A DNA stretch of 64,000 nucleotides from Candidatus Bathyarchaeota archaeon (GCA_963832745.1 CAWHVC010000001.1:480001-544000); one strand, 5' to 3'. Shown: positions 48,886-59,011, counted from the stretch's first letter. Program-made: numbers and translations. The notes: generated by a model not told the origin, from the letters alone.

Positions 48886-49352
48886 CTCATTTTTCCTCTA
48901 ATCTTCGTTAAAACCTCATCCTCAACCCATTTCTCCCCCTGAATAGTCAACTTAAACTCAGGTTTACTTGGGTCAGGCTTGAAAACTTGGCCACGTTTTG
49001 TCATTTCATTTAGACGTGCAGGAACCATGCTTTTGATGCCGCTGGATTCAAGCAGTTTCTGTATTTGTGCTGCCGTGTTTTTGCGTTCATCTGAAGCATA
49101 AAGAACCAAGCCGACGGCTTCATAATGGGTTAGGTTTTCGCGGGTCACGATGACTGGGCCTTCAGTGGTAGGTTCAACGATGCCTTTTAGTTGGGCTCCT
49201 GAAGGTGTTAAACGGTTAGAAACGAAATCGGACAGTTTCTCCACAAAGTTTTCTGGGACAGACTCCAGCATGTTCAAGATTTCCTGTGGACTATCAGCTT
49301 CAATGACTACTTCGCCAAAAGGCGTTTTTATTCGTGCTTCAATACGCTTCAT
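48882..49352 (-). CDS. Hypothetical protein with C-terminal winged helix
   Basis: TAAQIQKLL...VPARLNEMTKRG...FKLTIQGEKWV; 4-nt overlap with the downstream paralog. Confidence 0.7.
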   Translation of the reverse strand: MKRIEARIKTPFGEVVIEADSPQEILNMLESVPENFVEKLSDFVSNRLTPSGAQLKGIVEPTTEGPVIVTRENLTHYEAVGLVLYASDERKNTAAQIQKLLESSGIKSMVPARLNEMTKRGQVFKPDPSKPEFKLTIQGEKWVEDEVLTKIRGKMS

Positions 49353-49677
49353 ATGGATTCCTCAAATTAGCGGTAAAGGCAAAAGGTGCCTACACTATAA
49401 ACTTGTTAACGTATGCCTATATGCAACGATTAACCTTTTTAGGATTTGTGGCTCCTATCACTACTTAACTGTCAATTTTTGCTTCGGTTTGGGCTTGATT
49501 ATATGCTTTAGGATGCACGTTCGTTATGAGAAGGCTGCTTGATAGCAGTAAGATTATGAAAAATGAAGGATTTTAATCTGCAAATCGAGATACCTAAAAA
49601 AGAAAGGGAGTGGACAGGGTTAAAACGTTTACGCCTGTGCCTACTTAGATTACAATAATTGGGGGTGGGAGCAGTTT

Positions 49678-51579
49678 TTATGAAAGATGCCTCTTTAAGA
49701 TAACAGAAACCATGTCAGGGTTGGCTTTTCCACGGACTTCCTTCATTACAACCCCCATCAACATGCCAAATGCGCCTTTGCCATTCTTTTCAATGACGGG
49801 CTTATTGGCTGCGATTATGCGCTCAATGATTGCTTCAAGTTCCGCTTCCGTAAACATCTTCAAACCCAAAGCCGTAGACGCATCCTGAACGGTTTTACCT
49901 TCATTCATTGACAGCCAACTGAACACTTCCGCCGTCGCCTCTTTGGCAAGCGTTCCTGAACCTACAGCAACAAACAAGCCTTTGATTTGGGCTTCGCTGA
50001 CGTTTTCCACCGCGATACCTTCACGTTTGAGGGATTTGACGGTTTCAGTAAGAAACGCTGCAACAGTGGAGGCAGCAACACCAGTTTCTTTGACAATATC
50101 CTCAAACAGCATTGCATATTCGGAGTCAGAGATTTGTTTTGCAAGTTTCTCGTTTAACGTGTATTGCTTCATTAGGCGTGATAGTTTCTTTTCTGCGGGT
50201 TCGGGCAGGTTAGCACGGACATCTTCGACAAGTTGGGCAGTGATGGCTTGGGCTGGAATGTCGGTTTCGGGATACATTCTTGCTGCACCTGGACGTGGAC
50301 GCATGAAACGGCTTGTGCCATCATCTTTGGCGGTTCGAGTTTCTTGAGGAATACCTACGCAGGCTTGTTGTACTCGTTCTACTACTGCTTTGAGAGCATC
50401 TTGCGTGTTCTCTGCAGTATCAGCAACAAAAACAACTGCATCTGCTTCGTCAGCTTCAACTGCTTTGCGTAGTGCAGCAACTTCTTCAAGTGTTATTCCA
50501 TAGTTAGTGAGGACTTCGTCAGTGTGGAATATGCCACCGACTCTACCCCAGAATTTCGCGTAGTCAGATAATTCGCTGCCTAAACGGAAGTTAGGCATCA
50601 ACTCACGACCAGTCAAACCATTGAAATCTTGAAGTTTCACGGCTAAAACTTTATGGTGCTTATCGACTGCTTTGCGGATAACCTTACTTTTGCTGTTCTT
50701 GAAGATTTCAGTAACATCGACAAATTCTGCTTTTAACATTGCAGGTGTTATACCACGTTTGGCAAGTTCGTTTTTGATAGCAAGTAAGTTTTGTTGGCGC
50801 TGAACTTCGTAATCGATTACGGTAGCGATTAGTTCGAGTTCCTGAACACCTTTGATTTCGATTAACGCTCCGTTAGGGATTGAAACGTTTAGGTCTTGAC
50901 GGATAGTGCCTAAGCCGCGCATGACTTTGCCTGTGTCACGAAGGATTCTACCGATTGCAAATGCAACCTGTTGAGCCTCAAGGGGCGAATAGATCACTGG
51001 TGCAGTTGCAACTTCAATTAAGGGGATGCCGAGGCGGTCAACACGGTAACGGATGGTTTTGCCCTCGTCTTCCGTGCCTGTTTTACGTGCGGCATCTTCT
51101 TCCAAATAAGCGGCAAGCATAGGAATAGTTTTTTCGCCAACCTTGATCCAGCCGTCTAAAGCAATTAGGCTGGTCCGCTGGAAACCAGTTGTGTTTGATC
51201 CGTCGATAACGGTTTTACGCATAACTTGAATTTCATCAACTGGTTGCATATTCATCATCAAAGACGCGGTTAACACGACTTTAACGGCATCCAAATTCAG
51301 CGGATGGGGCGGTTCCTCATCCATTTCGACAAGACAAGCGCTTTTGTGGTTGGCTTCATAAAGAATTTTTACGCCTTTTTGGAATTCAAAGAATGCTGCG
51401 GGGTCTACCTGTCCAAGTTCGCTTTGGGTTGGGCGTAGACGGCGTAGGAAGGTGATTTCTGGTTCTTCTTTGAAAAGTTCAGGTGGACAACTACAGAACA
51501 GTTTTGAGCCAACGTTAAGTTGCTGGTGGATTTCTAACCCGACTTTTAAGCCGATTTTAGCGTAGTCTATGGTTGTCAT
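49678..51579 (-). CDS. gatE: Glu-tRNA(Gln) amidotransferase subunit E
   Basis: IGLKVGLEIHQQL, DGSNTTGFQRT, GLGTIRQD, RPRPGAARMYPETD. Start at MTTIDY. Confidence 0.97.
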   Translation of the reverse strand: MTTIDYAKIGLKVGLEIHQQLNVGSKLFCSCPPELFKEEPEITFLRRLRPTQSELGQVDPAAFFEFQKGVKILYEANHKSACLVEMDEEPPHPLNLDAVKVVLTASLMMNMQPVDEIQVMRKTVIDGSNTTGFQRTSLIALDGWIKVGEKTIPMLAAYLEEDAARKTGTEDEGKTIRYRVDRLGIPLIEVATAPVIYSPLEAQQVAFAIGRILRDTGKVMRGLGTIRQDLNVSIPNGALIEIKGVQELELIATVIDYEVQRQQNLLAIKNELAKRGITPAMLKAEFVDVTEIFKNSKSKVIRKAVDKHHKVLAVKLQDFNGLTGRELMPNFRLGSELSDYAKFWGRVGGIFHTDEVLTNYGITLEEVAALRKAVEADEADAVVFVADTAENTQDALKAVVERVQQACVGIPQETRTAKDDGTSRFMRPRPGAARMYPETDIPAQAITAQLVEDVRANLPEPAEKKLSRLMKQYTLNEKLAKQISDSEYAMLFEDIVKETGVAASTVAAFLTETVKSLKREGIAVENVSEAQIKGLFVAVGSGTLAKEATAEVFSWLSMNEGKTVQDASTALGLKMFTEAELEAIIERIIAANKPVIEKNGKGAFGMLMGVVMKEVRGKANPDMVSVILKRHLS

Positions 51580-51580
51580 T

Positions 51581-52927
51581 TTATTGTGCTCCGTAAACGG
51601 TTTTTTCTTGAGGAAGTGTACGTGGCGCAAATTCGCCTGTAATGTTGGTTTTAAGTAGTCGTTTTGCTTCCTGGGGGTCGCTGGTTTGCCCTAAAACCCA
51701 CATTAATTTAACAAGCCCGGTTTCAGGGAACATGTCATCAAGTGGGATTACGCCGAAACTTTGTAGGTCGCGTCCTGTATCGTAAACGTTCATGTTAACC
51801 CTGCCCCAGATACATTGTGAGGCGAGGGCCACTACGACGCCTTTTGCAGTTGCATTTTTGATTACGTCAAAGCAAAACTTGCTAACGTGCCCTAGACCTG
51901 AGCCTTCAAGCAAAATACCTTTGAAGCCTTGTTTAACATAAAAGTCAATGACTGCTGGATCCATCCCTGGATAAAACTTTACGAGAGCCACTTTTTCGCA
52001 GAAATTTGGCTTCACAATCAACTGTTTTGTGGCGTCGCGGTGTTGGTATTCGCCGTTTTGCATTGTGACTTGTAGGTTTTGGATTTTTGCGATTGGGAAT
52101 CCGTTGATGGATTTGAATGTGTCTCGGCGGCTTGTGTGGCATTTGCGTACTTTAACGCCTCGGTGAACTACGATTGCGGCGTCTGAGATGGTTTCGTGCA
52201 TTGCTAAGGCTACTTCGGCAAAGGGTGCTTCACCTGCAGCTTTGACTGCGCCGATTAGGTTGGTTGCGGCGTCGCTGCTTGGGCGGTCAGATGAACGCTG
52301 GGCCCCGACAAGGATTACTGGAACAGGCAGATTCTGCAGGGCAAAACTGAGGGCTGCGGAAGTATACGCCATCGTGTCTGTGCCATGCGCGATGACTATG
52401 CCATCTACACCCTGCTTTATGCGTTCAGCAACCTTTTCCGCTAACTGAGTCCAATTTTTTGGTGTCAAGTTTTCGCTGTAAATGCTAAAAACGATTTCTG
52501 TGTCTACACGGGCGATTTCTGAAAGTTCAGGAACAACGCCATAGAGGTCGCTTGCGGACATGGCTGAACGGACTGCGCCTGTTCGGTAGTCCACTCGACT
52601 GGCGATGGTTCCACCGGTGCTCATGATGACCACGTGGGGCAAAGCGGGGTTTTGTTTGGGCAGCTGTGGAGCCGCAAACGTTGGTTTGGTGCCTACGCCA
52701 ACTTTTTCCAGTTTTACGTCTATTGTGGCGGTTATACCGATGTTGTAACCGCTTTTCATTTTTATGATAATGTTCGTGGCTTCTCCCAATTCGGAGCGTG
52801 GGATTAGTATGCCTTCGTAGGTTTTGCCTTTGCTGGTTATGCGGATGATGTCGCCAACTTCGCAGTCGGCGGCTTGAAGCAGGCTAAGTGCCATGCCTTT
52901 GTAACCTGAATTTTCCAGTTCACTCAT
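51581..52927 (-). CDS. gatD: Glu-tRNA(Gln) amidotransferase subunit D
   Basis: KSGYNIG, STGGTIASRVDYRTGAV, HGTDT, QRSSDRPSSD. Start at MSELENS. Confidence 0.97.
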   Translation of the reverse strand: MSELENSGYKGMALSLLQAADCEVGDIIRITSKGKTYEGILIPRSELGEATNIIIKMKSGYNIGITATIDVKLEKVGVGTKPTFAAPQLPKQNPALPHVVIMSTGGTIASRVDYRTGAVRSAMSASDLYGVVPELSEIARVDTEIVFSIYSENLTPKNWTQLAEKVAERIKQGVDGIVIAHGTDTMAYTSAALSFALQNLPVPVILVGAQRSSDRPSSDAATNLIGAVKAAGEAPFAEVALAMHETISDAAIVVHRGVKVRKCHTSRRDTFKSINGFPIAKIQNLQVTMQNGEYQHRDATKQLIVKPNFCEKVALVKFYPGMDPAVIDFYVKQGFKGILLEGSGLGHVSKFCFDVIKNATAKGVVVALASQCIWGRVNMNVYDTGRDLQSFGVIPLDDMFPETGLVKLMWVLGQTSDPQEAKRLLKTNITGEFAPRTLPQEKTVYGAQ

Positions 52928-53063
52928 GCCTAAATCTCTTCTATCAAACAGTAAATTTCCCAACCGTCTTGAATCTAAAACGCGGGATTCTTGTGTTACC
53001 TAACACATTCAACAGTAAAAGCTTTTTTAAGCCAACCTAAGCAAAAAATTGGGTAAGTGAGAG

Positions 53064-53522
53064 CTATTTTGTTTGGTTTTCAAGATAAACCCGTTGCCCA
53101 TACAGCATATATCCAATCCCCACAAAGATTAGAATGAATTCGCCGATCGTAACGGCAAACGGGGGAGGAACCGTAAAGAAAACCGTTAACTGGTCAAACT
53201 GTGCAGTAACAAAAAGCAGTACCGCATCAATCACCGCCAAAACACCTGCAACTTTAGGTTTTTTATACAGCAAAACCAATCCAGCAATTGGAAGCACCAA
53301 ACCTACAGTTATAAAAAATACTGCAATCCCCCAACTCCTAAGTTCACTTATACGTGTTTCAAAGCCTAACGGAGTTAACAAGAAACCCAAAACTATTCCG
53401 ACCACAAACAAAGCAGCCAAAAAAGTTTTTGTATCGCTGAAAATCGTTTTTGAACTAGATAATGATAACACATTCGTTACCTCAATGGCATAGAAACAGG
53501 TTCTACTAAGACTAATTTGCAA
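53064..53522 (-). CDS. Hypothetical membrane protein (~4 TM)
   Basis: Hydrophobic helices, LTPLGFETR; start uncertain. Confidence 0.65.
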   Translation of the reverse strand: MQISLSRTCFYAIEVTNVLSLSSSKTIFSDTKTFLAALFVVGIVLGFLLTPLGFETRISELRSWGIAVFFITVGLVLPIAGLVLLYKKPKVAGVLAVIDAVLLFVTAQFDQLTVFFTVPPPFAVTIGEFILIFVGIGYMLYGQRVYLENQTK

Positions 53523-53595
53523 AATGCATTATAAGCATGACCTTGCCATAGAATGAGACAAAAATAAGTTCTATGGAAACTTTTTGACGCTGAAT

Positions 53596-53706
53596 GGTTG
53601 CGTAATCATTAACTATTAGGTGGGCAACTGTTTCCGTTATGAAGCAGGTTATACTTATTACGGGCATGCCATGTGTCGGCAAAACTACCCTTGCCAAACA
53701 TCTTGC
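53596..53706 (+). repeat. Left copy of ~110-bp direct repeat (AK6 promoter plus first ~22 codons)
   Basis: 53604-53655 is identical to 57951-58002 (52 bp), followed by a diverged coding match (MKQVILITGMPCVGKTTLAK). Confidence 0.9.
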
Positions 53707-54013
53707 AAGCCGTAATCGCCTGCGGAACCTTTTCTGGACGAAGTTTTGACAAATTCAAAAAAGCAGGACTAAACCCCGTGCCCGGCAAAAAAGTCCAAGC
53801 CCCCGCTATCCAAAAATGCTAGCCCACATTGAATGCACCGTAGAAGACAAATTCACAACAGGCTACCACACCGTCTTTGTCGGCAAAGTTGTAGAAGCCT
53901 ACGCAGACATGGGCATCTTCACAGAAAGCTACGACATAAAACGCGCACACAGGGTATACCACGGCGGCGGAAACAACTTTTACACACTAGACCCCAAACA
54001 ATACAAACCCTAA
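53703..54013 (+). pseudogene. Flavin reductase-like family fragment, 5'-truncated and frameshifted
   Basis: CGTFSGRSFDKFKKAGL...VQAPAIQKC, then a frameshift to AHIECTV...GYHTVFVGKVV. Confidence 0.8.
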
Positions 54014-54084
54014 ACTTTTTTCCTGTAGCGTGCTTTAACCCTCCGAGGGTAGGAAATTCACCTATTAAGTGGCGGGTGCTTTTT

Positions 54085-54912
54085 TCAAATCTTGTTGTTA
54101 CTAAAGTAATCAATCAACTGATACATTTTCTTGCAGTATATTCTAAAGGACAAAAGATATGCAAACGCCAAATCTCTCTCAAGTTTTCGACCTGATGGAT
54201 GACCTGCTTCATTTCTGGCGAGCCTTATTATATTGAAAATGCCATCGAATTGGAATTCTAATTCGTTGGTTAACTCTGGGGGGAGATTCTTTAAACTCAT
54301 TAATTTTGTTTTTGTTTGGTTAAATTTGTTTTTTGTCCTTATTGAATCCTGTAATTTTAGGAAATGATTTTTTTCGGACAAATTAGTCATGGCTTCAGTA
54401 AACTTTTCCAAGAATATCTCAAATACCTTTTCGGATGCTCCCCCCAACATCACAGCGCACGAAAGCATGAGCCCTTTTTGAAATGCATGAAGAGCCTCAA
54501 ACGCATAATCTTCAATTAATTGGTCTAAATTTGGGATTTCAGCCTTGAGTCTTCGTAAATAACCTGTAGGGTCGTAAGGAAGCAAATCGCCAGATTCTAA
54601 GACTTGTTTGCCATATGCAGTAATTGTAACTGATTTAAAATCGCCATTAAACTCATCTTTTCCAATAAGCAACATTCCTTGAAGAATAAATTCCCAGATA
54701 ATTTGGCGCACTTTTTCTCTATCTTTTGTAGGCATGTATTTCTTGTTTCCAGTGCCACAAGTATATTGGAATGGTTTGGAGTCGCTATAGAATCCCTTTG
54801 AACGTGCAATCATGTCAGTTTCATCTATTACCTCTTCTAACCACCAAGTTTGTTTCTTCGACAGCAATTTTAATGCCTCAAGTGCAAGAGGTCTTAGCTC
54901 TTCATATTCCAC
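54085..54912 (-). CDS. HEPN-motif protein, candidate Abi/defence RNase
   Basis: N-terminal wHTH-like part (IIWEFILQG...ITAYG) and a C-terminal helical domain with EALHAF...AVMLGGASE and R-x4-H (RNEAGH). Confidence 0.65.
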   Translation of the reverse strand: MEYEELRPLALEALKLLSKKQTWWLEEVIDETDMIARSKGFYSDSKPFQYTCGTGNKKYMPTKDREKVRQIIWEFILQGMLLIGKDEFNGDFKSVTITAYGKQVLESGDLLPYDPTGYLRRLKAEIPNLDQLIEDYAFEALHAFQKGLMLSCAVMLGGASEKVFEIFLEKFTEAMTNLSEKNHFLKLQDSIRTKNKFNQTKTKLMSLKNLPPELTNELEFQFDGIFNIIRLARNEAGHPSGRKLERDLAFAYLLSFRIYCKKMYQLIDYFSNNKI

Positions 54913-55056
54913 TAATTTTCCTCACACAGTTATTTACCAAAATTTTGCTTTTAGTTTTTGCCCTTCTTACTTTTAGGTCTATTATAGGAATGTTAGGGGA
55001 TTATTATTGGGAAGGTCATCAAATGGTTTGGAAAAATTGCAAATTTTGATTTTTGC

Positions 55057-55767
55057 CTACAATAAATTACCTGTTATGACTAATGTCAATGCCACTAACC
55101 CCGTAACCGCAAAGCAAACTGTAGCATAATCAAACATTGCTAATCCTTTAGTAATGTTAATTGATTTTAACGCTATTTTAGTAAACTGAAAAAGAATCAC
55201 TGATGAAACCGTAAAGAAAATGTCATAAAAACCCTTGACAGCAACAGGGGAACTTTGAAAAACGCTGTTAGCAAACTGAAAAAGCGATGTCACCATTATA
55301 CTTGCAATAATAGCCACCATTATGCCCCAAAAAAATATTCTTCCGTCTTTATTTTCTTCGAGACAATCCATTGTTTTTGGCATATTGCTATTTCCTAACG
55401 AGTTAAATTCTGTTTTTGCATTGCTTGTTTTTGATTTAGAATTTACTTTATGTTTTTTTCTTAACTCCATAATTGATTCGAGTTTCTCGCCTAACTCAAC
55501 CCTCTTTACCAAATCATCAATGAATTTAATATGCTTGTCATGCGTTTTGCTCATATCATACGCCATATAAAATGCAAGACCGTAAATCAACGCATTAGCG
55601 ACGATTAGGACAGTTAAATCAATCGTACCTTCAAAATATACAGTAGCGAATAAAATAACGAAGCCAACAACACCACCTGTGGCTATCGAAGCTTTAAAAT
55701 TAAACCATCCTTGGTAACTGCTTTCGAGGGTTTGAATTTTTTGAAGGTCAATTTCTTGTTGAGTCAT
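55057..55767 (-). CDS. Hypothetical membrane protein (2-TM module, linker, 3-TM module)
   Basis: Two hydrophobic blocks separated by a charged linker; possibly two fused genes. Confidence 0.6.
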   Translation of the reverse strand: MTQQEIDLQKIQTLESSYQGWFNFKASIATGGVVGFVILFATVYFEGTIDLTVLIVANALIYGLAFYMAYDMSKTHDKHIKFIDDLVKRVELGEKLESIMELRKKHKVNSKSKTSNAKTEFNSLGNSNMPKTMDCLEENKDGRIFFWGIMVAIIASIMVTSLFQFANSVFQSSPVAVKGFYDIFFTVSSVILFQFTKIALKSINITKGLAMFDYATVCFAVTGLVALTLVITGNLL

Positions 55768-55917
55768 TCACAAAATGTTATGCCTGTGTGCTTTTAGTCT
55801 TTGCGCTAACTAACTACAACAGTGTTTCAAATTTTTAGTCATAATTTTAACAATAAAATGGTAAATTATTGTTATAATTACATTTATATACGAGAATGAC
55901 AATTAAAATAATCAGCA

Positions 55918-56343
55918 ATGCCAGCCATTAAAGAACCAATTAACCCGTTTTTTAGCTCAAATACAGGGGGCAGAGAACTTTACTGTGGATGGGAAATTAC
56001 CACCTATACAGGAAAATTGAATCCCGATTTAATTTTGAAAAAGTTAAAAAATAATTTGGCTGAATGGGTCCTCCATACTGAATACGAAAATAATTATTTT
56101 CAGAACGACTTTGGCGACAAAGTTCATTTAATTTTTCCAGAAAAAACATGCAATGAAACAACGTATAAAATAATTCTCAAATCATATGTTTTCGGTCCTA
56201 AAAATGAGGTAAAACACAAATCATTATTCAATGAGGTTTATTCCCACATACCTTGGAAAAAAGAGGGCTATTGGCTAAAAGATAACAATCTACATATCCC
56301 AATAGCAATACGAAAAAGACTTAGAAGGAAAAGTAAAAAATGA
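55918..56343 (+). CDS. Hypothetical protein
   Basis: 141-aa AT-rich ORF with an upstream TTTATATA box; no family recognised. Confidence 0.55.
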   Translation: MPAIKEPINPFFSSNTGGRELYCGWEITTYTGKLNPDLILKKLKNNLAEWVLHTEYENNYFQNDFGDKVHLIFPEKTCNETTYKIILKSYVFGPKNEVKHKSLFNEVYSHIPWKKEGYWLKDNNLHIPIAIRKRLRRKSKK

Positions 56344-56680
56344 TTTAGGGTTTACGAAAAGTTTAACCTCAAACACGTAAGAGTTTTGTGCTTGTAAACT
56401 CTTTAGGGAAAAAACACTACCCCCACTCACCTTTTAGCCTAAACCATACAAAAGTCGTAATCTTTTGGTCTCTTCTTGATTTAATGTGGATTTCAACTTT
56501 TGCTTTTTTGTCTTTTAAACTTTGAAATCTGTTCTTGTTTGTCTTTTCACTGATATTCTGTGTCATAGTATGATACAAATGGGGATTTGGTCGGTTATTT
56601 CGAATGTTTATTTTAGTACATTTTTTTGTCAAGCTTTTTTTGGTTGTTTTTTGTTTTGGCTGTGGGGGTGCCGTTGGCGG

Positions 56681-57175
56681 TTATTCTTTTCCTAAAAATG
56701 AATTAAACATCATCTGGTTAATGGTGCATTTTTTGCCTGTTATCCAGACTTCATCTGCCATGTTGACTGCTTCATCGGCTTTCTCGCTGGCTGTCTCAGG
56801 GAAAACCGCAACCACGTAACTGTCTCGGGGCAAACACGTCTGCAACACCGCAAGCCGCTTCCTAAGCCAACCCAACTTAACCTCTGAGGCACACTCAACC
56901 CCAAACACCGTGCCCTCTGCATGTTTGGCAAGAACTTTAACAAAAACTGTTTTATTGCCAAAAACTATGGGAACATCAAACTTTATGTCTCTAACGCCTC
57001 GGTCATTCCAAAACTTCAAGACTGCCGCAACCTTTAGCTGCTCGATTATGGCTGAATTTTTGTGTGAATATATTTTGTATTTTTCTCTGAGTTCTTCGGG
57101 TAATTTGTTGGTTAGGTTTTTTATTTCGTTGTGGAGTGCTAAATTTTTGTCTTTTTTCTCCATTTGTGCAGTCAC
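56681..57175 (-). CDS. PD-(D/E)XK nuclease-fold protein, apparently degenerate
   Basis: IKFDVPI...VFVKVLA...VFGVECAS...ADEVW; the expected catalytic D and K are replaced. Confidence 0.55.
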   Translation of the reverse strand: MTAQMEKKDKNLALHNEIKNLTNKLPEELREKYKIYSHKNSAIIEQLKVAAVLKFWNDRGVRDIKFDVPIVFGNKTVFVKVLAKHAEGTVFGVECASEVKLGWLRKRLAVLQTCLPRDSYVVAVFPETASEKADEAVNMADEVWITGKKCTINQMMFNSFLGKE

Positions 57176-57367
57176 CTATTACAGGCATTCACAGACAATG
57201 CCGTGTGTTTCTTATTCTGCGCTCTTTTTATTTAAGGCTTACACACAAATCTTTTACAATTAAATACATTGTTTGGCATTGTTTTGATGCACTTAGATAT
57301 ATATGAATATACAAGCTAATGATAAAAAACAACGCACCTAGCGCTTTAAACAGGAAAGAAGCGTAAA

Positions 57368-57547
57368 TTGAAGAAAATAGTTAAGCTAAGAAAACAAGGC
57401 AACTGCTTGGTCATCACTATTCCACGAGACCTGCTTGAAGACTTAAAATGGACAGAAAATGACCAAATCTTAATCGAAAGCCAACCTCAAAATGCCGATT
57501 CGATGTTTAAGGGTCCAAAGTTCATTAAAGCAGGCAAGATAGATTAA
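57368..57547 (+). CDS. AbrB/MazE/SpoVT-family DNA-binding protein (59 aa)
   Basis: Not in the ORF track. MKKIVKLRKQGNCLVITIPRDLLEDLKWTENDQILIE. Confidence 0.8.
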   Translation: MKKIVKLRKQGNCLVITIPRDLLEDLKWTENDQILIESQPQNADSMFKGPKFIKAGKID

Positions 57548-57942
57548 CGCTTATTGCGATTCCTTGCTGCCCATTTAGTCGATTGTTTAGTTTCTTTATT
57601 TTAGGGCTTTTTTAAGCGCAAAATTGTTTTTAGGGTTGGTTTGTGTTGTTTGGTTTTTTGGGCGGGATGTTTCCTGTTTTAGGGGTCATGCTAGTGCCCC
57701 CATGTATTGTGCTGTTCACTGCTTTTCGCTGCCATCGCTGCTTTATTTTTCATATCAACCTATTAGGATCCAAATAGCAGATGTATGCAGAAACCTATAG
57801 AGGGTCTACCTTTCTTGATAGGGGTAGACTCTACCTGCACTTTTCCAAGCCCAAAACTGCAAAACACTAAGGGGGGTAGGTGCTAATGACTGAAAAATAC
57901 GCCATTAACATGTTGAAAAACGGTACTTTGAAAAACTAAACA

Positions 57943-58053
57943 GGTTACGGAATCATTAACTATTAGGTGGGCAACTGTTTCCGTTATGAAGCAGGTTATA
58001 CTCATCACAGGCACGCCGTGTGTCGGCAAAACCACCCTTGCCAAACAACTCGC
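57943..58053 (+). repeat. Right copy of the direct repeat (functional AK6 promoter and 5' end)
   Basis: Matches 53596-53706. Confidence 0.9.
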
Positions 58054-58564
58054 CAACAGCTTAAGCGCGCTTTACGTTAACTTGACCGATTACGCCAAAC
58101 AAAACAATTTGACCTTAGGCGAAGACACCCAGCGCAACACAACCATTGTGGATGAAGAAAAAATGCGGCAAGCCCTCACCACAACCATAAACATGTCAGA
58201 AACATCCGTAGTAATCGATGGACATTTCGCCGCTTCCGTTGTACCCAAAAGCTTGTCCACACACGTTTTCGTACTCCGCCGAAACCCAATAGAACTGAAA
58301 AAATTCATGCAAAAAACTGGTTTCTCAGAAGCCAAAATGTATGAGAACCTTTCGGCAGAAATTTTGGATATATGCCTTGTGGAAGCAATGGAAAATCAAG
58401 AAGGCAAAGTCTGCGAATTAGACGTTACCGCAAAAACTGTTGAGCAAACCGTTGATGAGGTTCTTGCGGTCATTCGAGGAGAAAAAGTGTGTTCTTGCAG
58501 CGTTGTTGATTGGCTGGGAATGCTCGAAAATGAAGGCTTAACCGACCAATACCTCAAAGAATAA
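57986..58564 (+). CDS. Adenylate kinase AK6/Fap7-like
   Basis: ITGTPCVGKTT, VVIDGH, VFVLR, KMYENLSAEILD, VDWL. Confidence 0.92.
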   Translation: MKQVILITGTPCVGKTTLAKQLANSLSALYVNLTDYAKQNNLTLGEDTQRNTTIVDEEKMRQALTTTINMSETSVVIDGHFAASVVPKSLSTHVFVLRRNPIELKKFMQKTGFSEAKMYENLSAEILDICLVEAMENQEGKVCELDVTAKTVEQTVDEVLAVIRGEKVCSCSVVDWLGMLENEGLTDQYLKE

Positions 58565-58574
58565 AACAGTTTTT

Positions 58575-58937
58575 TTATCTGAAACTTTCTATTTTCTGTT
58601 TTGTCAGCAACATGATTTTTCTGCGGTTTGAATACGATTTTGCGTGATCGCTAAATTTTTCGCCAACCATAATCGGACTTGACAAGCCAACATCTTCCGA
58701 GGCAGTATCCAATGTTATTATGACGTTAACGCCGATTGTACGATTCCAATCCCGTATCCAGACCCCCTGCTCGTTGCGGCCTTTCTGCACAATTAAGTCA
58801 AAATGACGTGGCATGCCGCTGTTGCCCTCCATAGTAGCGTTTTCGCAGTTAACTTTGAAACCTTCTTTTTTGAAGTAGGCTAACGCCATTTCCACTAACC
58901 GTGACCGAACTTTCGGTTGTTCCTCCCCAAGACTCAC
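58575..58937 (-). CDS. Mrr-like restriction-endonuclease-fold protein, probably inactive
   Basis: YFKKEGFKV...GNSGMPRHFDLIV...IGVNVI...FSDHAKSY; no ExK/QxK motif. Confidence 0.65.
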   Translation of the reverse strand: MSLGEEQPKVRSRLVEMALAYFKKEGFKVNCENATMEGNSGMPRHFDLIVQKGRNEQGVWIRDWNRTIGVNVIITLDTASEDVGLSSPIMVGEKFSDHAKSYSNRRKIMLLTKQKIESFR

Positions 58938-59011
58938 GCTGTTTATGCTCCCTTTATTCCCTAACTGTTATCTGCTTGTGTGTGGAAAAGGCTTTCGGAA
59001 GATTAACTAAA

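Larger units (their letters stand above)
53596..58053. mobile_element. Integrase-less genomic island (~4.35 kb) inserted at the 5' end of the AK6 gene
   Basis: Direct repeats offset by 4347 bp flank AT-rich accessory cargo; no recombinase gene visible. Confidence 0.6.

Noticed and set aside
56417-56632. 71-aa basic ORF in the island
   Set aside because: Low-complexity A-rich sequence with no motif; could be real but cannot be supported.
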